Source: an uncultured Gammaproteobacteria bacterium (GTDB lineage: Bacteria > Pseudomonadota > Gammaproteobacteria > Xanthomonadales > SZUA-36). From it: a stretch of 64,000 nt of DNA. The stretch is taken from assembly GCA_963774415.1 (NCBI GenBank), contig CAVZEU010000005.1:45742-109741 (forward strand), read 5' to 3'. Both the position numbers and the translations under genes were made by a program. Each line of letters starts with the position of its first letter. Position 1 is the first letter of the stretch. Below the pieces are notes generated by a model. The model saw only the letters and a program-made list of their open reading frames with translations. It ran no database searches and was not told the DNA's origin. Of the stretch, positions 61,013 to 64,000 are shown in pieces.

Positions 61013-64000
61013 AGCGCGGACCCACACGCTGGCTATTGCGCGCGCTGGCTGCGCTGCTCGCCGGCGTCGCCGTACTGGCGCTGGCTGTGTTTATCATTGC
61101 CGGCACCGAGACCGGCAGCGGTTGGCTGCTGCAGCGGTTGGCCGAGCGGCTGCCGGGGCGGCTCGAACTGACGACATGGCACGGCACGCTCTGGCACGGC
61201 CTGCAGGTCGCCCGCCTGGAGTACCGGGACGCCTCACAGGAAATTCAAGCCGACGACATCGACATTCGCGTTGACTGGGCAGCGCTGGCCGGCGGCCGCC
61301 TGCAGTTTTCCCGGCTCGATGCGCGCTCGGTCGTGCGCACCAGCCTGGGTGGCTCCAATACCGCACCGCAACCGCTCGCGGTTACCTTCGAGCCGCTGGC
61401 GCTGCCGATCGGCGTCCGGCGAAGCCGGCTCGGTAGCCTGACGCTCATTGCCGGCAACACCCGCAATGAACTCTCCGCTATCGATCTCGAGCGGGCGCTG
61501 CTCGACGGCCGCCAACTGCGCCTGGCGCAACTGGCGTTGCGCGCGCCGGAGTTCGAACTTCGGCTGCAGAAGTTTCGTGCGCACCTGGCAAGCCAGGTAC
61601 CGCTGCAATTTGCGCTGGAGTGGGTGTCCACGAACGGTGCCTGGCGCGGACACGCATCGGTCCGCGGGTCCCTGGCGCAATTACAGTTCACCCACGAACT
61701 CGACAAGCCCTACGCGGTCAACGCGTCCGGCAGCGTGGTCCTGCTCGGACGCGCCGAGCCCGGCTTCGATATCACCGTTTCCTGGGAAGTTCTGCCGTTC
61801 GAGCGCTTCAACCTGCATCGCGGAACGGTGCACCTCAACGGCGTCATTGACGATTACGCGGCGGACTACCAGGCCACCGCGGAGGTGCCCGAACTGATCA
61901 CGGCGAAGGTTTCCGGCAAGGCCCGCGGCAACCGCGAATCCCTGCGGAGCTTCGCGGCGCATCTCGCCAGTCCCGCGGCTAACGCGGACGTGACGGGTTC
62001 GGTCTCCTGGGAGGGGCCGTTGGCGCTGGACGCCGATATCCAACTGCACGATGTAGATCCCGCGCGAATCGACACCCGGTTCGAAGGCAAACTCGAGGCA
62101 CGCGCGAAGCTCAGCCTGGCCGGTGTTGAACAGGCGAAACTGACCGTCACCTCGGTCAGCGGCCAGCTCAACTCGAACAGCGTCGAAGCGCACGGTGAGC
62201 TGACCGCCGCCAACGGGGCGTATCGTTGTCGTCAATGCAGCATTTCATTGGGAGGAAACCAGATTGACCTGGCAGGCGAGGCCAGCGCTGCTGCCATCGG
62301 ACTGGATTTCACCGTCGACGCACCGCAACTGGGCAGCCTCTGGCCGGATCTGGCCGGCAGCGTCAAGGCCACAGGCCGCCTGCAGGGGAACCCCGGGAAC
62401 CCCGTGTTCAACGGTACGCTTACCGGCTCCAATATGCGCTACGCGGACCTGCGGGCTTCCCGGCTCGAGCTGCAAAGCCAGGGTACCGCCAGCGATAACC
62501 GCGATGTCAAGCTGCACATCAGCGGGTTGCAGCAGGACAAGACCGTGTACGGTGATCTCGATCTGCGGGCCCAAGGCAGTTTCGATGACGCGGACATCGA
62601 GGCCAACTGGCAACACAAGGGGCTCAGCGCCAGCATCGCGGGCCATATGGCGCGCGCCGGCAGCAGGTTTGCCGGCAGCGTCAAGCGGGCACACATACAC
62701 GAACCCGTCAGCGGAGACTGGAACCTCGAAGCTGCCTTCGATTTTCAACTCGATGGCGACAGCTTCAGCGCCAGCCCGCAGCGCTGGACGGGGGCGGGTG
62801 GCGAACTCGATCTCGGCCGCCTGCTCATCACCCGGCAGAAGTTGAGGATCGAGGCCCGGCTCGCAGCTGTGCCATTGCAGACCTTCAACGCGATACTGCC
62901 GCCGGCGTATCGCCTGCACGGCACCGCCAACGCCGACATCGATCTGACACGAGAGCGCGGTCAGTGGTCCGGATTCGCCCACTGGCGCCAGCACGACAGC
63001 ACCATCACGGTCGCGCCCGCCGCCGGTGAGCCGGCCAAAATTCAGGTATCCCGGGCCCAGGCGGACGTGGAGTTCAAGGACGGCGGCGCGGAAGCGGAGG
63101 TGAAACTCGCTATCGAGCCCGGTGTCAGCGCGGAAGCCACGCTACGCATGCAGCAACTATCGCCAGATGCCGCAGTGCACGCAGAACTCCACCTGAGCGG
63201 TGCGCAATGGGAGTGGGTTCCGGCCGTCTTGCCGTTCGTCGATCGCTTCGAGGGCAAACTCGATGCCGGGCTGAGCGCCGACGGCCGCTTGCCCTCGCCC
63301 GCGCTCAGCGGCAACCTCGATTGGCGCGACGGCCGCCTGTTCGTACCCGCACTGAATACCGGCTTCGACCATATCAACCTGACCATGATCGGCGCAGCAG
63401 ACGGCGCCATAAATATCAAGGGCGGTCTCGACGCGGGTAACGGCAAGCTGACGGTGAGCGGCCGCATCGAGCAATTGCTGCAGCCGCAGCGAACGGTTTC
63501 CCTGACCCTCACCGGCAGCGACGCGCGCCTGCTCGACTGGCCTGAATACCGCCTGTGGGCCAGCCCGGACCTGAAGATTCGGGGAGATGCCTCGGGTTGG
63601 ACCCTGGCCGGCCACATGCGGGTGCCCCGGGCCGAGGTCCGGGTGCGCAAGTTGCCGGAACAGGCGACCCGCCCCTCCGCGGACGTGGTCGTTCGCGGGC
63701 AAGCGCCCGAACCCGAGCCGACCCAGCCGTACAGCGGCAAAATTGACCTGACCCTGGGCGATGCTGTCAGGATCCAGGCTTTCGGCCTGGACAGCGGCGT
63801 AACCGGCCAACTGCAACTTGAAATTCCTGCCAGCGGGCCGCTGACGGCCCAGGGCCGGCTGACCCTGGTTGACGGCGTGTTCAAAGCACTCAAACAGGAA
63901 TTGAAAATCTCGCGGGGCACATTGACCTTTACCGGTCCGCTCGATAATCCGCTGGTCGACGTGCGTGCCGAGCGCGTCATCGACACCGCAACCGGCCCGG
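61009..64000 (+). CDS. tamB: Translocation and assembly module inner-membrane subunit TamB (DUF490), 5' part; continues past the right edge
   Basis: Absent from the ORF track (no stop in window). Frame 1 is open from GTG 61009 to the end, and no closed frame-1 ORF is listed there. Reads VKRGPTRWLLRALAALLAGVAVLALAVFIIAGTETGSGWLLQRLAERLPGRLELTTWHGTLWHGLQV.., a typical TamB anchor plus repetitive beta region. Confidence 0.8.
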   Translation, partial: MKRGPTRWLLRALAALLAGVAVLALAVFIIAGTETGSGWLLQRLAERLPGRLELTTWHGTLWHGLQVARLEYRDASQEIQADDIDIRVDWAALAGGRLQFSRLDARSVVRTSLGGSNTAPQPLAVTFEPLALPIGVRRSRLGSLTLIAGNTRNELSAIDLERALLDGRQLRLAQLALRAPEFELRLQKFRAHLASQVPLQFALEWVSTNGAWRGHASVRGSLAQLQFTHELDKPYAVNASGSVVLLGRAEPGFDITVSWEVLPFERFNLHRGTVHLNGVIDDYAADYQATAEVPELITAKVSGKARGNRESLRSFAAHLASPAANADVTGSVSWEGPLALDADIQLHDVDPARIDTRFEGKLEARAKLSLAGVEQAKLTVTSVSGQLNSNSVEAHGELTAANGAYRCRQCSISLGGNQIDLAGEASAAAIGLDFTVDAPQLGSLWPDLAGSVKATGRLQGNPGNPVFNGTLTGSNMRYADLRASRLELQSQGTASDNRDVKLHISGLQQDKTVYGDLDLRAQGSFDDADIEANWQHKGLSASIAGHMARAGSRFAGSVKRAHIHEPVSGDWNLEAAFDFQLDGDSFSASPQRWTGAGGELDLGRLLITRQKLRIEARLAAVPLQTFNAILPPAYRLHGTANADIDLTRERGQWSGFAHWRQHDSTITVAPAAGEPAKIQVSRAQADVEFKDGGAEAEVKLAIEPGVSAEATLRMQQLSPDAAVHAELHLSGAQWEWVPAVLPFVDRFEGKLDAGLSADGRLPSPALSGNLDWRDGRLFVPALNTGFDHINLTMIGAADGAINIKGGLDAGNGKLTVSGRIEQLLQPQRTVSLTLTGSDARLLDWPEYRLWASPDLKIRGDASGWTLAGHMRVPRAEVRVRKLPEQATRPSADVVVRGQAPEPEPTQPYSGKIDLTLGDAVRIQAFGLDSGVTGQLQLEIPASGPLTAQGRLTLVDGVFKALKQELKISRGTLTFTGPLDNPLVDVRAERVIDTATGP

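Overview
This is a GC-rich chromosomal segment (third codon positions are mostly G/C) with proteobacterial, probably gammaproteobacterial, gene content. I call about 50 tightly packed protein-coding genes. I saw no rRNA, tRNA, CRISPR array or intact mobile element; the only mobile trace is one short transposase remnant.

Layout:
- **1-6.9 kb:** a catabolic cluster. M20 hydrolase, FAH hydrolase and LLM monooxygenase lie on the minus strand, divergent from a xanthine-dehydrogenase-family FAD / 2Fe-2S / Mo trio plus a CoxG-like protein.
- **7-18 kb:** small envelope proteins (including a very acidic 11-mer-repeat lipoprotein), a YciA-like thioesterase, a MAPEG protein, a 997-aa BNR/sortilin-type propeller, ThpR, a YbdL-like aminotransferase and a hybrid histidine kinase.
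- **18-50 kb:** a neighbourhood dominated by lipid-related genes.
  - A five-gene operon joins a VolA/Pla-1-like secreted lipase to a DUF1302 / DUF1329 / Ycf48-like BNR / RND module.
  - PHA-granule genes follow (PHA system protein, TetR, PhaF-like phasin).
  - Then come a BtuB-like TonB receptor with a possible cobalamin leader, an HSL-type esterase and a seven-repeat propeller protein.
  - An mprF / GDPD / G3P-dehydrogenase-like operon, DDAH and OsmC proteins come next.
  - A second, divergent and permuted DUF1302 / DUF1329 / BNR / RND operon sits behind an AT-rich promoter island.
- **50-64 kb:** a TPR protein, PepD, an OsmC paralog, an unknown lipoprotein pair, an orphan tryptophanase beside an IS remnant, ZntB-MscS and TamA-TamB (TamB runs off the right edge).

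The best candidate for an under-described system is the duplicated four-component envelope module, one copy of which is operonic with a secreted lipase.

All family calls come from motif and architecture recognition by eye. No HMM or BLAST search was run, and several start codons were re-chosen from the ORF track using RBS, signal-peptide and overlap logic.
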